Origin: Pecten maximus
Lineage: Eukaryota
NCBI RefSeq assembly: GCF_902652985.1
Contig: NC_047023.1
Location: 43,648,001 to 43,712,000 of the forward strand
Length of the DNA: 64,000 nt
Reading direction: 5' to 3'
Shown here: in pieces, positions 41,060-53,382 of the stretch
How the letters are laid out: each line of letters opens with the position of its first letter
Position numbering within the stretch: the first letter of the stretch is position 1
Translations under genes and position numbers: made by a program
The notes under the pieces: generated by a model
What the model saw: the letters and a program-made list of their open reading frames with translations, nothing else
Told to the model about the DNA's origin: nothing
Database searches by the model: none

Positions 41060-42140
41060 ATGGAATACCTGGAATTGTCCTAGATTTATACGCAGGATAT
41101 CGTCAATAAACCGGGTACCCGTACAGATTACTTAGAATTGTCCTAGATGTACATTGTATATGGTGGATGTCGTCAATAAACCGGGTACCCGTACAGATTA
41201 CTTAGAATTGTCCTAGATGTATACGGTGGATGTCGTCAATAAACCGGGTACCCGTACAGATTACCTAGAATTGTCCTATATGTATACGGTGGATGTCGTC
41301 AATAAACCTGGTACCCGTACAGATTACCTAGAATTGTCCTAGATGTATATGGTGGATGTCGTCAATAAACCGGGTACCCGTACAGATTACCTAGAATTGT
41401 CCTAGATGTATATGGTGGATGTCGTCAATAAACCTGGTACCCGTACAGATTACCTAGAATTGTCCTAGATGTATATGGTGGATGTCGTCAATAAACCGGG
41501 TACCCGTACAGATTACCTAGAATTGTCCTAGATGTATATGGTGGATGTCGTCAATAAACCGGGTACCCGTACAGATTACCTAGAATTGTCCTAGATGTAT
41601 ATGGTGGATGTCGTCAATAAACCGGGTACCCGTACAGATTACCTAGAATTGTCCTAGATGTATATGGTGGATGTCGTCAATAAACCGGGTACCCGTACAG
41701 ATTACTTAGAATTGTCCTAGATGTATACGGTGGATGTCGTCAATAAACCGGGTACCCGTACAGATTACTTAGAATTGTCCTAGATGTATATGGTGGATGT
41801 CGTCAATAAACCGGGTACCCGTACAGATTACCTAGAATTGTCCTAGATTTATACGGTGGATGTCGTCAATAAACCGGGTACCCGTACAGATTACTTAGAA
41901 TTGTCCTAGATGTATATGGTGGATGTCGTCAATAAACCGGGTACCCGTACAGATTACCTAGAATTGTCCTAGATGTATATGGTGGATGTCGTCAATAAAC
42001 CGGGTACCCGTACAGATTACCTAGAATTGTCCTAGATGTATATGGTGGATGTCGTCAATAAACCGGGTACCCGTACAGATTACCTAGAATTGTCCTAGAT
42101 GTATATGGTGGATGTCGTCAATAAAGCGAGTGTCCGTACA
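41060..42140. repeat. 63-bp minisatellite containing the palindrome CGGGTACCCG, ~17 copies
   Basis: Direct periodicity. Confidence 0.96.
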
Positions 42141-42675
42141 GAACACCTGTAATAATTTTACCAGTATGTTTTTCGTGTTTTCCCTCGTTTAATATGTTTT
42201 ACACCATTGGTGTTATCTAAGCCATAATTTGCAGTGTGGAGGATAAATTAAACCGTTTATTTCCTCTCTGAAAATGTCCTGATTTGAGAACTTTTTGATG
42301 ATACGTAGGCATTGGAATATTTTTATTTTATATCAACGACAAATTCTTGATAAGAGGACTATTACAGAACCAGATGATAATGACAGGTGTCACGGGTGAT
42401 GATAACTGGTTGTTAATGATAGTTGATAATACTCTTAGGTAGATTGGGTCATTTGACAGAATACAGGTGTTGTTTTGATTGCACAGGCTCCGTAGACCTT
42501 TTGTACTTTATCATACTTCATTGTTCCTCTATTAGGTTACTATAAATAATACCCAGCTACGAGCAAATTGGCTCGTTTTTCCTGTAACATGTCCCTTGAT
42601 TTATAACTAACAGACATTAAAGAAGAACAAACAAATTGTACGTTTTTAATTCATGTTTATAACTATAATTAATAA

Positions 42676-45600
42676 TCATTTTCGATCGTCGTCATCATTA
42701 TCACCTGAATACGCGGATGCATTCCATCCTCCAGAAGAAAACGATCCTCCACCACCACCAGATGTACCATGCTTTCTTCCGAATGACCAACCACTTGATC
42801 CAAAGGCGGAACTTCCACTTCCGCTCATACCGGAACTCCAAGAACCGGATGAACCGGAACCCCCACTACCACCACTTGAGCCCCAGGAACCGCCACCTCC
42901 CATCCCAGATGATCCAAAGCCACTACCTCGTGAACCACCCAGAAGGGCTTTAAGTATTAGGGTGTTGCCCCCGGACCCACCTTCCGCCTTTTCGGCTCCC
43001 GAATCTAACATCTGTGACAGAGCTTTGTATGTAAGTAGATTAGTTAAGATATTGTTTGAGTTGAATATACCAGTATTGCTTTGTTTGCCTCCCGTCGTTT
43101 GCCTTCCACCAGAGCCGCCTTGGAATCCTGTTGTAGATCCCCTATTAAATGCAGTAGAAGTACTAGAAGACCAATTAGGAAAACCGCCATTCATTCCCCT
43201 TCCTGTAAACTGACGGTTTCCACGGAAACCGTTATTTATTCCAAACCCAGTATGTTGCATGTTGGTGTTAAATGGACCTCGATTAATTCCGAAGCCACCT
43301 CCTGTGAATCTATCATGTCCTCCAGTTCCAAATCTACCGCTGTAGCTTTGCCATCCGTCGTAACCTATGTCTCGTCCATAGCCTGTGTACATACCATTAT
43401 TGAGGTAATAAACACCCCTATCCGACATTCCACGACCCCTGCCACCGCCGATGTTCCATTGATTTGTGCCTCCATGCGCACCACCACCAAACATAAATCC
43501 TTTTGGAGTATAACCGTTCATGTGGAAGCTAAGTTTACCACCTCTCATTAATCCAGTGTTTCCGCCATTTCTTCCCCATCGTTTACCACCGGAAAACCCT
43601 ATAGGAAACGTTACACCTCCTCCACCTCCACCGCCTCCGCCACCACCTCCGCCTCCGCCTCCACCTCCACCACCACCTCCACCACCACCACCTACAGCAA
43701 CACTGACACCAGTACCGAAACCTCGACGGAATCCTGTGAAACCATTGCTACCACCGCCGCCGCCTCCACCACCACCTCCACCGCCACCACCACCAGCAAA
43801 AAGGATCCCGTTTCCAGGTACAACTCCGGGAAATTTTCCGCCAAATCCTCCTATGGGGAAGCTTCCAGAAACTCCGCCTCCAGCTCCACCACCACCGCCG
43901 CCACCGCCACCGATACCAACACCAATTCCGCCACCCTGCATTCCAGTAGCGGGCACACCTGTAAATCCACTCCCCGTTGATTCCAACAAAGCTCGCAGAC
44001 CTCCTTGCTTCTGAACTGGTGAACTTTGGGAACTACTTCTCGCGTCAGAACTTCCGGTTGCGCCAGCTTTTTGTACTCCACTCATATCACTACTACTTTT
44101 GATGAAAAAGTTGTTATGAACTTGAGTCGGACTGCGTTGAGACTGTGGAATCGGCGGCGGCATATGTGGAATCGGTGGCGGCATTTGTGGAAACGGTGGT
44201 GGCATCTGTGGAATTGGCAGTGGCATCTGTGGAATTGGCAGTGGCATTTGTGGAATTGGCGGCGGCATTGGATTTGAGGGTAAAATGATTTTTGTATTCT
44301 GTTTGCTCGTTTGCATTATTTTTTGAAAGTTAGGGACCTGTTGAAATATTTCCTGTTGCCCCGGGAGAGTTTGAGGTAGTTCATATACCTGCTGGTAGAC
44401 GGTCTCTTGCATATTTGGTAGCGTCGCGTGAACCGGTATATGGGAACTGAATCTATTGTTTAATAGAAATTTTCTGTCTTCAGGAATAGACGTCATTGCT
44501 ATGGGTCGGATGTTTTTGTCGACTAAGTCTACAAAAGAGAAAAGTGTGAATATCATAATTTACTTTCAATAACGACAGATTCAAAACTAACTATAAGATG
44601 CACACAAGAGTAAAACATTTGAGTGATTTCCATTTCACACATGATCTAGGAACATCGTCGGCCAAGTATTGTCCGAGTAATGCATGAAGGCATGGCGTTA
44701 ATCGTGACGTAAAAATGTAGTTGTTTCGACTTCATCTTTTTAATTTTCATTATTTTAACTGTTTTTGTTTCGCTATACCGTAATACACATGTACGACCTT
44801 TAGTATCCATGATTAAGTGTGAACGATATCACGTCGATTGGTGTAAAAGGTATATTACTCATTGTGATACAGTATATTAATTACTTAAATGTAACAATAT
44901 ATAACGTCTTATATTTATTATAGTTTAACACTAATACACAATCCAAGTCTATGATATATTTTGCTATGTAGTTATAGAGTTTAACAGGTTTTTGTAATCT
45001 TGGACATAGATTGCCGTATCTCAAATTGCCAGCTTTGCTAGCCGAGTGTGTTGAGTACGATACTCTTCTTCTCCTCCCTTTTTATAGGGAGTATCGTATT
45101 GGACACCTTAGCTAGCGAGGATGCCCAATTGTACGTTTTAAGACAGTCTATATTTATCTTTCTTCTATACTATTAACAAATATACATATACATATTGGTC
45201 ATTTAAGGAAGGAATGGAGTCAATGGCCATTTAAGAATGACATTTCAGAATGACATTTCGCTTGTCCTATCGCAAGCAGGTTCATAGCTTCTGGTCGTTT
45301 TACCTGACATCAGAATAATCCAGATTCTTGTTGCCCAGTCTGAGGGTCAGACAGGGAACAAAAATTACCATTTAACAACGTGGGTACGTTACAGTCTCGG
45401 AGACCTCCTCACAAACGTTCGAATCAAACGCCAAAATGAGGCAGTGTGAAGGGAGACATTAAGTCAGTTGCCTCAAGCAATCATGTAATGGGAACAGCAG
45501 GTACAATTCTTACTTCTGGGATTATTTGAATAATGGAATAACCCTACTTACCCGACAGTGCCACCTTGGAATCTACCATTATCACGTGATACCCCAGGCA

Positions 45601-46688
45601 TAACATTAGTAGCAATGATGGCGATATTCTCCTAAAAAAAGACGAAAATGGCATTTATTAGTTTATATATGTTTTAGCGTACTACTGAAGTAAATGGGTT
45701 CAGCAAGCAATTAAGTGGCGCAAACAAATATCTAATCTAGAAAACAATATATAGGAACCTTTAGCGAAGACATAGTCTAAGACACTATTGCCATAATATC
45801 CGGTAAAATATTCCCGAGTAAAGAAATTAATTAAAACGAACGATAACTTTTTATGTTCATTCAAAAAGATTATTCTCAGTATACGCGAAGTTTCTTGGAA
45901 AAAAGTGAACCCACTCTTTTTACAACTTTTACAATACCAATGATGGTCAATCTCAGTTCATTCTATTTTGTCGATTCAATGATGCAATCTTTTTTTTCTA
46001 TTATGTTGGAAATTGAAATATCAACTTATAACTAGTTAATATAATAATCACTATGCCGTTAGTATAACCATGAATGTAATCGTTTATTTATCTAAAATGC
46101 TAATATTAAAGATGTTGAACGTATTTGCTCGACTCGTCGCTCTGTTCATTAGTACGTAATCAATAATAACAAATAATTTCAGCTTAATGGGGAGCATTGT
46201 GAAGGGAGCAACTGTTTAGAAAACCGTCTGGTTTACAAAAAATGTAGAAGATGATGGTAAAAATTGTATTTTGCCGGATGAAATATCCACCTTTTGATAT
46301 CATTAATTTTGAAAGCATAGTTTTGAACATTTTAAATCTACTTATATAATAAACAAAATAGTCGGTAAAAGCTCAGTCGTTTTAAGATTACTAAATCTAA
46401 TTTTAATACTACGTTTAACTAAAAAAATGTTATTTCAAAGAAAACTATTGATATCACTTTGTCGATAAAAACCTATCTAAATGCATTTATAATTATTATT
46501 ATTTATTTGAAAAAGTCATCCGGAACAAGAGCGAAATAAATTAAATTTATAAATACGATATTTATACAATATGTCTAGATTTTAGAATTAACATAATTTT
46601 ATACACGTTTTATTATTAATGAAATACTATATTTTGATAAAAGCTCAGGATTTTCACGGAATAATAAACCCCCATTGTCTTACCTCAT
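42676..46688 (-). CDS. Gene C: secreted modular glycine-rich structural (matrix-type) protein, 645 aa; coding exons 46688-46684, 45631-45552, 44528-42676
   Basis: ATG AG|gtaag at 46684; 80-nt exon completing the signal peptide MRRISPSLLLMLCLGYHVIMVDS-KVALS (ag|G ... G|gtaagt); phase-1 acceptor tttgtag|AC at 44528; 1853-nt open exon with PQMPPPI repeats, G8/G15/G26 runs, a G/F/Y/R domain and a G/S tail ending DDDDRK*. Total 1938 nt, in frame. Confidence 0.9.
45036..45120. mobile_element. Short foldback/MITE in gene C intron 2
   Basis: TGCTAGCCGAGTGTG...TACGATACTC is complementary to GAGTATCGTA...CACCTTAGCTAGC. Confidence 0.6.
45197..45514 (-). mobile_element. Old degenerate SINE copy in gene C intron 2
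   Basis: GGTCATTTAAGGA (tail) and AGCAGGTACAATTCTTAC (head) match the reverse complement of 54020-54551. Confidence 0.65.
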
Positions 46689-46770
46689 ATTGTCGCCTAG
46701 CTGCCACGACTAGCCGCACGAACGCACTGTCAAACTAGTGAAGAAGTTTTTTCTTTAATGCCATATTATA
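46684..46770 (-). promoter_or_regulatory. Gene C exon 1 and candidate core promoter
   Basis: Inr-like GACAGTG near 46730; TATA-like TTAAAGA (46758) or TATAATA (46770) upstream. Confidence 0.5.
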
Positions 46771-47589
46771 TTGGTACAACAAAAACACTCTAGTGCCCTG
46801 TCCGTTATTTTCCTCGTGCTGTAGAAACATGATGTGATCTTTTGTCGTACACAGCGCGAGGTGATTCTAATCAACCGTAGACATCCTTGACAGTTGAAAC
46901 AACCACGTTTTATCCCGTTGCATACCTGTACTCAGATTTTAAAGCATAGTTAACTTGTAAACACTGTAAATCACACTTAAATATTTGATCTTTTATGTAA
47001 AATCTACCATTTTTTATTAGGGGAGGACCTCTGAATACAAAAAAAATGTGTATGTACAGTTTACACTGTAACATTTATTACAAGATCATTTTTCTACTTT
47101 TAATTTAGAGTATATATTTCAAAAAACGTAAGCTAACAATGCGTGATATAACAATGAAGTTTTGTGTTCTATATGTGATTATATACTATTATATGTCTAT
47201 AAGGGAAATGTGTCCATGTATTTATCTTACCCGGAACACACAAAACAATTAATGCCTTATTTATATATATCAACCATAAGTTTATTATGACAAAGATGTC
47301 ATTACGGAAATGTTTAAAAAGATTTCTTAATATTTGTGGTTTACATTCATTTCATTACATTAAACGTAAAATATTAATTGTAACATAGAGCATATCTATT
47401 GACGAAATAGAGGTGATTTAAGTAATCAGTTGATTACTTCAAAATAAGACCAATCATGGTCACTTATTTTCTTTTCCAATGATGTCATCATGTGTTGACA
47501 TTACTCTTAGCCCTTTTGTATATTTCTTAATGTATGCAGATGTTTGTTTTACGTTCGATATAAAGTCAATATGACACAATTTGTCTGAT

Positions 47590-48500
47590 AAGACATTAAT
47601 TTGGAATTGTCATTGTAACCATCAGTATGAGCTTACAACTAAGATGTATAATATGCGTGTTGATTTCAATTTTTTTTCAATCGTTAATTTTCCATTTCTT
47701 GATAGTAACATCTCTGCTTCCCCGCTTGCAGTGTTAACAAGTCCTTGGCGATTTGATATGAAAGAGCCTACTCCCATTATCACAAATCCTGTGAAATATG
47801 TCGACTTCTCACTGTGAAATTAACGACACAAAGTTCCGAGAGATGCAGGTCAGTGAAAACCGTGGTAATATTTTATGGTCGCCATCATAATCTCGTATGG
47901 AAATATTCCGCGATATGACGTCAGACATGTTCGATGATTGTCGATATGTCTGGTGGTTCTCACCACCCTAGTTCTCATTTTGAGAAGTAATGCGACTTAA
48001 CCCGGATTTGACATGGATTTGTATGGCGGGTGTCCTCGATTTGACCTAGATTTGTATGACGGGTGTCGTCGATTTGATCTAGATTCGTATGGCGGGTGTC
48101 GTCGTGACCTAGATTTGTATGGCGGGTGTAGTCGATTTGACCTGGATTTGTATGTCGAGTGTCGTCGATTTGACCTAGATTTGTACATTTGTACGGTGGG
48201 TGTCGTCGATTTGACGTGGATTTGTATGACGGGTGTCCTCGATTTGACCTAGATTTGTATGACGAGTGTCGTAGTGATCTAGATTTGTATGACGGGTGTC
48301 GTCGATTTGGCCTAGATTTGTATGGCGGGTGTCGTCGTGACCTAGATTTGTATGGCGGGTGTCGTCGTGACCAAGATTTGTATGGCGGGTGTCGTCGTGA
48401 CCTAGAGTTGTATGGCGGGTGTCGTCGTGACCTAGATTTGTACAGTATGTCGTTGATTAAGTAGAAGACGCTTAATTCTTCCGAAACACCTGGTCTGATT
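47590..48500 (+). mobile_element. Penelope-like element remnant (RT C-terminal region and 3' end) with an internal minisatellite
   Basis: TTKMYNMRVDFNF.SIVNFPFLDSNI resembles the PLE RT motif LYDKRDDFNFxIVNFPFLxSNIP; also FYGRHHNLV; the terminal GACGCTTA...CACCTGGTC motif recurs near 25530 and 55050. Confidence 0.7.
48010..48445. repeat. 30-33-bp minisatellite (GACCTAGATTTGTATGGCGGGTGTCGTCGT)
   Basis: Direct periodicity. Confidence 0.88.
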
Positions 48501-49872
48501 CTCCTTGCTCTATTATCAGTGTTTTTCGTGCAAATCTGTTGTACATATTTTGCCCTCGGTTTTATCTCGGTATTCTCTGTTCTTTCTGTCCTCGGTTTTA
48601 TCGATTTCGAGTTATGGTTTCGTTATTTTGTCTGCACTCTTTGTTGTTTTTCTATCAATCAATCAATATTATTTCAAAATTAAAACAAAAGTAACAAAAC
48701 AATTCGAAGCTGATACATTTAGATTACGTCAATAAAAACCAGATGCATTCTGCATTCTATTAAAAATGGTATTTAACATGACTGTGAGTAATGTGAATGA
48801 AGCTCTCGTCTTAGTCAAACTTTTAAAACTAATAGATGACTCGGGGAAAATAGAATTCCAAGTTTATTGATGTAACAATTACAAATGTAAGCTGGAGGAG
48901 TAATTTTCGCAACGAACAATAGTATAATGTGCATTAGTTGTATCGTAACTATACAATATAAACCATGCACATTCTACTTGTTATAATTAGTAAGAATAAA
49001 CTGTCAGTTTTTGTGACATGTACCTGTCATTTAATCAATGACGTATAATTTATCACTGTGCTCACTCTTCTCCACTCGCTATAACCGTTACACTATGACA
49101 CTTCAACAAACCGCTTGTATTTAATGGACTTTTCGTGTATTTCAAACCAGACCTTCAACAGGTATTCATTGCTAATAAATAAGTAAGTTGATATGTAAGA
49201 GTCTTGATATTTCCTGATGAACATGTTAATTATGATATTTACAAATAAGACATTTCATATGACAAACAGTTTTTATAAAGGTTATTCTTTTTGGGTGACT
49301 AAATCTCAACAGAATATCCGAAATCCTGTACTGGCCGTACAGGTCTGTTATCAACGATCCTACCTATTAACGAAACACCTTAACATGTACTTGTTAGCAA
49401 GCATAACTGGAATTCAGGTGGGAAATCATGCTTAGAGAACATTCCTTACATTATCATACCAGCCTATGGAAGTTTTTCCGTTAGGGAATTTCTTTTGTGA
49501 ATATAGATACATTGTATAACGGGGCCTATTGGTTAATTTTCGTGTATCAACCAAATACACCGAGTGGCAAAGTGTCATATCCAATATCAAAAAAATATAT
49601 ATTGTTAAGTACCAACTTAGGTAATATACACGAAATTCCTTTACTTGTTTGTTTATGATTCATTTATTTGTATTCTGTTCATTCATTTCTATATCCATTT
49701 TAATTTGTGGTGTCATTATCATTATAACGTCAACCAAAATATAGCAACCAATCAAATCACGCGGAACAAAAACAAAAAAGCCTGGTATGAGTATAAAAAT
49801 CATTATATATAGTTAATGTCATGTGCTGTTATTGTAAGAGTAACTCTTCCTTTCCTCTGAACACCCACTGTT

Positions 49873-50044
49873 CACACCGTTACCTTTCTACGGTAACTAG
49901 TCACACCGTAACCTTTCTACGGTAACTAGTCACACCGTAACCTTTCTACGGTAACTAGTCACACCGTAACCTTTCTACGGTAACTAGTCACACCGTAACC
50001 TTTCTACGGTAACTAGTCACACCGTAACCTTTCTACGGTAACTA
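49873..50044. repeat. 29-bp minisatellite, ~6 copies
   Basis: TCACACCGTAACCTTTCTACGGTAACTAG repeated. Confidence 0.92.
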
Positions 50045-51292
50045 AAACCACTCGTGACATAGAAGATGTTTTTAAACCTCTCTTTCAGATGATGTACTTA
50101 ATTTAAAAAAAAAGACTCTAGCAAGCTTATGAGTCATATTCTAGTCACTGGCCCTTGGACTATAAGTATTACTTATGATTAACTTATGTCAGAAGGGAGG
50201 AAAGCTTCATTAGTGTATCAAATGTAGATTTCGACATCAATTAGATACGCATGCGTGATCGTTCGATAATACATTCCGGGTTTCTTAAAACAATGACAGA
50301 AAATGCTCGTTCTCATTGGTGTTATTGATGTTACAATGATGGTTCGTATGTCTGCCAGTGAGTCATATTGAAGCCGTGTTGTTTTTATTCCTTTAATATA
50401 CTAATACTCTATTGTCCCTGGATCTATATAGGTTTATTGTTCTGTCATCATTAATATACTTATCGGTCTCGTTGACACTCTCCCTGTTATAATTTAGAGA
50501 ACATCTAGAACTAGATGACTCTTTTCCTCGGGAATACTTGGTCTGACTCTCCTTACTTTACTTTTTCGAAGTTTTCACGTATTATTTCGTTTGATCACAT
50601 CCTATCTCGTTTTATCGATATAATGTTGGTATTGTGGTTTGTTCACACCATGTCGGCATTCTGTCTTTTTGTTGTTGTTTTGGGGGTTTTTTTCCCCTAC
50701 GGACGAATCACTATCATAACAATATATAATAATGAATCGTTGATATAAGGACACAATTCCACATATGTCACTCAGCATTATTATAAAACTTCCGGTCGAG
50801 ATAGAAAAAATACAATAAATACTTAACTATTTGCGTTGTCCGCATAAACGACAATGAAATCATATCTAATTGTGACTAATGTTGGTGTGTATTGAGTCGA
50901 AGTTGTTGTAGTTTATGTCCGTTAAAGTCATTCCAGAACCTACCTTGTACTTGAATGTGACTACCTTCACTGAGATTTCCATCTCTCTATCATACTGAAA
51001 CCGCAAAGAACCGGTTCTCTTTTTCTTTCAGGAAGGAGTCTCAAGCACCATTTTGAAGGTATTGGGCAAAACAAAGAGTCTTACTCACACGGAAGAACAC
51101 TCAACTCAAAGGCGAAAACTCGTGATTTGAACGGTACAGATAAAGATAGAATCCAAATGGTAAAGCGAATCTACATTTGGTATTTATTAATTTTTCCTTA
51201 ATAGAAGTACATATATCATTATTGGATAATCTGGCACACTTATAACAGTTTTCAGAACAGCGTGTCGCTGATACACTTTATTAATATTAGAA

Positions 51293-51945
51293 GTAAGAAA
51301 CAACTAAACGACGGAGTTCCATCTATTACCGGAAGGAAGAAACAACTAAACGACGGACTTCCATCTATTACCGGAAGGAAGAAACAAATAAACGACGGAA
51401 TTCTTTCTATTACCGGAAGGAAGAAACAACTAAACGAAGAAGTTCTATCTATGACCGGAAGGAAGAAACAACTAAACGACGGAGTTCCATCTACAAGTAT
51501 TACCGGAAGGAAGGAAGAAACAACTGAACGACGGAACTAATCTATTACCGAGGGCAGAAACAACTAAACGACGGTATTCCATCTATTACCAGAAGGAAGA
51601 AACAACTAAACGACGGAGTCCCATCTATTACCGGAAGGAAGAAACAACTAAACGACGGAGCTCCATCTATTACCGGAGGGAAGAAACAACTTAAACGACG
51701 GAGCTCCATCTATTACCGGAAAGAAAAAACAACTAAACGACGGAGTTCCATCTATTACCGGAAGGAAGAAACAACTAAACAACGGAGTTCCATCTATTAC
51801 CGGAAGGACGAAACAACTAAACGACGGTGTTCTATCTATTACCGGAAGGACGAAACAACTAAACGACGGAGTTCGATATTTTGCCGGAAGGAAGAAACAA
51901 CTAAACGACGGAACTCCATCTATTACCGGAAGTAAGAAACAAACT
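51293..51945. repeat. 42-bp minisatellite (GGAAGGAAGAAACAACTAAACGACGGAGTTCCATCTATTACC), ~15 copies
   Basis: Direct periodicity. Confidence 0.93.
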
Positions 51946-53122
51946 AGAGCGGTATCTACAGCAATATTCATTCAGACTATATATAGAACTGTTCTGCTTT
52001 ATGTAACAATGTCGAGACTATGTACTGTGTTCTGTCATCGTATCAGGCCCCGCCGGTTCAACAGTGTTCCTTACCAAAGTTTTCCATAGGAAAGCATTAC
52101 ATAATTTAACGGAGACCGCTTAACTATATTCTCCTTAAATCCTGTAATATGTTTCCATATAGAAAGAAATTACCTTAATTTAAGAAATATTTCTAAAACT
52201 AACACCATTTTGTCTCGCATTAAATACACATTATACACGTTACCTAGAAACAGAGGTCCCTTAACCTTCCGGACCGCCTGGTCGTCCTCCCCTTGTACTT
52301 TGTCTTAGTCTCCATACAATTGTATATGTTTGTTTATGTTTAAACCTCGTTAAATCGACTTTGAGTTAGAAGTGTGGTTTCGTTATTACGATATTGTCAG
52401 TTGTATTTGTTTGTATTTAATGTGAAATCATAGCATGGATACTTAAGAGGGAAATCTTACCGAGATACTACCGGAATAACGTTAATAAATCATTAAAAAA
52501 AGTGTTCTCCACGACGCCAGGTAAAATTATTTTAGTGAAACCCACACGATTAATAAGATAAACACACAATGTTTAATAATCGTGTACATCTTCGAGCTAT
52601 ATTTGGCGTTCACCTGGAGAGATCTGCGGGGACAATCGATGTACGAGTTGTCTTACTTCGCTCAGAGACCAACCAAACGTTTATTTGGTGTAGACGATGT
52701 CCAACGTTCTGACTAATTGAGTTTTTAAATGAGTGTTTCCGTCTATGTGTTTCGCTCTCCCACGCGGAGTTTGTCAGACAATATTTACACAGGTTTTCAG
52801 TAGCCACAGACAGACGTGTGCAAGTCTAGGCGAGGTGTGTTTGTTTTATATCACATTACATACGATATCTGTCGGAGGTGGACAGAGCGGAGACGGGTGA
52901 TTTAGATACTGTATCTGTACTGTAATATACTATACATTAATATATGTGACAAGTGAATGATATAACATGCAAATAGACAAGAACCGCAGTATGCTTATTA
53001 CTTATCAATACACAATCATATATATTTCCCTTATTCGGCCTGACTTTGTTCGGATATAGAAATCAAACTCCGGTTTGTCAGCTTGATATATATATATAAT
53101 ATATGTGATAACATAGATAACA

Positions 53123-53256
53123 TCACACATTGACCGGACTCCTACAACAAATAGCCTGGTGTTTTAGATACACATTGACCAGACTCCTACAACAAATAGC
53201 CTGGTGTTTTAGATACACATTGACCAGACTCCTACAACAAATAGCCTGGTGTTTTA
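53123..53256. repeat. 45-bp unit x3
   Basis: ACACATTGACCAGACTCCTACAACAAATAGCCTGGTGTTTTAGAT repeated. Confidence 0.9.
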
Positions 53257-53382
53257 CAGGTATATATATTATGATTCTTATCAAGCAAAAATGTAACTAT
53301 AAACAAGTGTATTCCGTGAAACATGCTCACCGAGTCTTGTCAAGTCCTGATGATGAAACTCAATTTGAAATGATTGTACATG

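Noticed and set aside
42530-42705. Possible GSY-type terminal exon for gene C via the donor CAG|gtgata at 42705
   Set aside because: Weak donor and no downstream GSY* exon found; the read-through end DDDDRK* is more plausible.
16684-44014. Plus-strand Pro-rich ORFs (16684-17535, 17635-17937, 27106-27846, 42653-43213, 43520-44014)
   Set aside because: Antisense shadows of Gly codons; splice sites, signal peptides and TATA boxes all support the minus strand.
53340-53365. CTGATGA...GAAAC second hammerhead candidate
   Set aside because: No stem II between the two core boxes.
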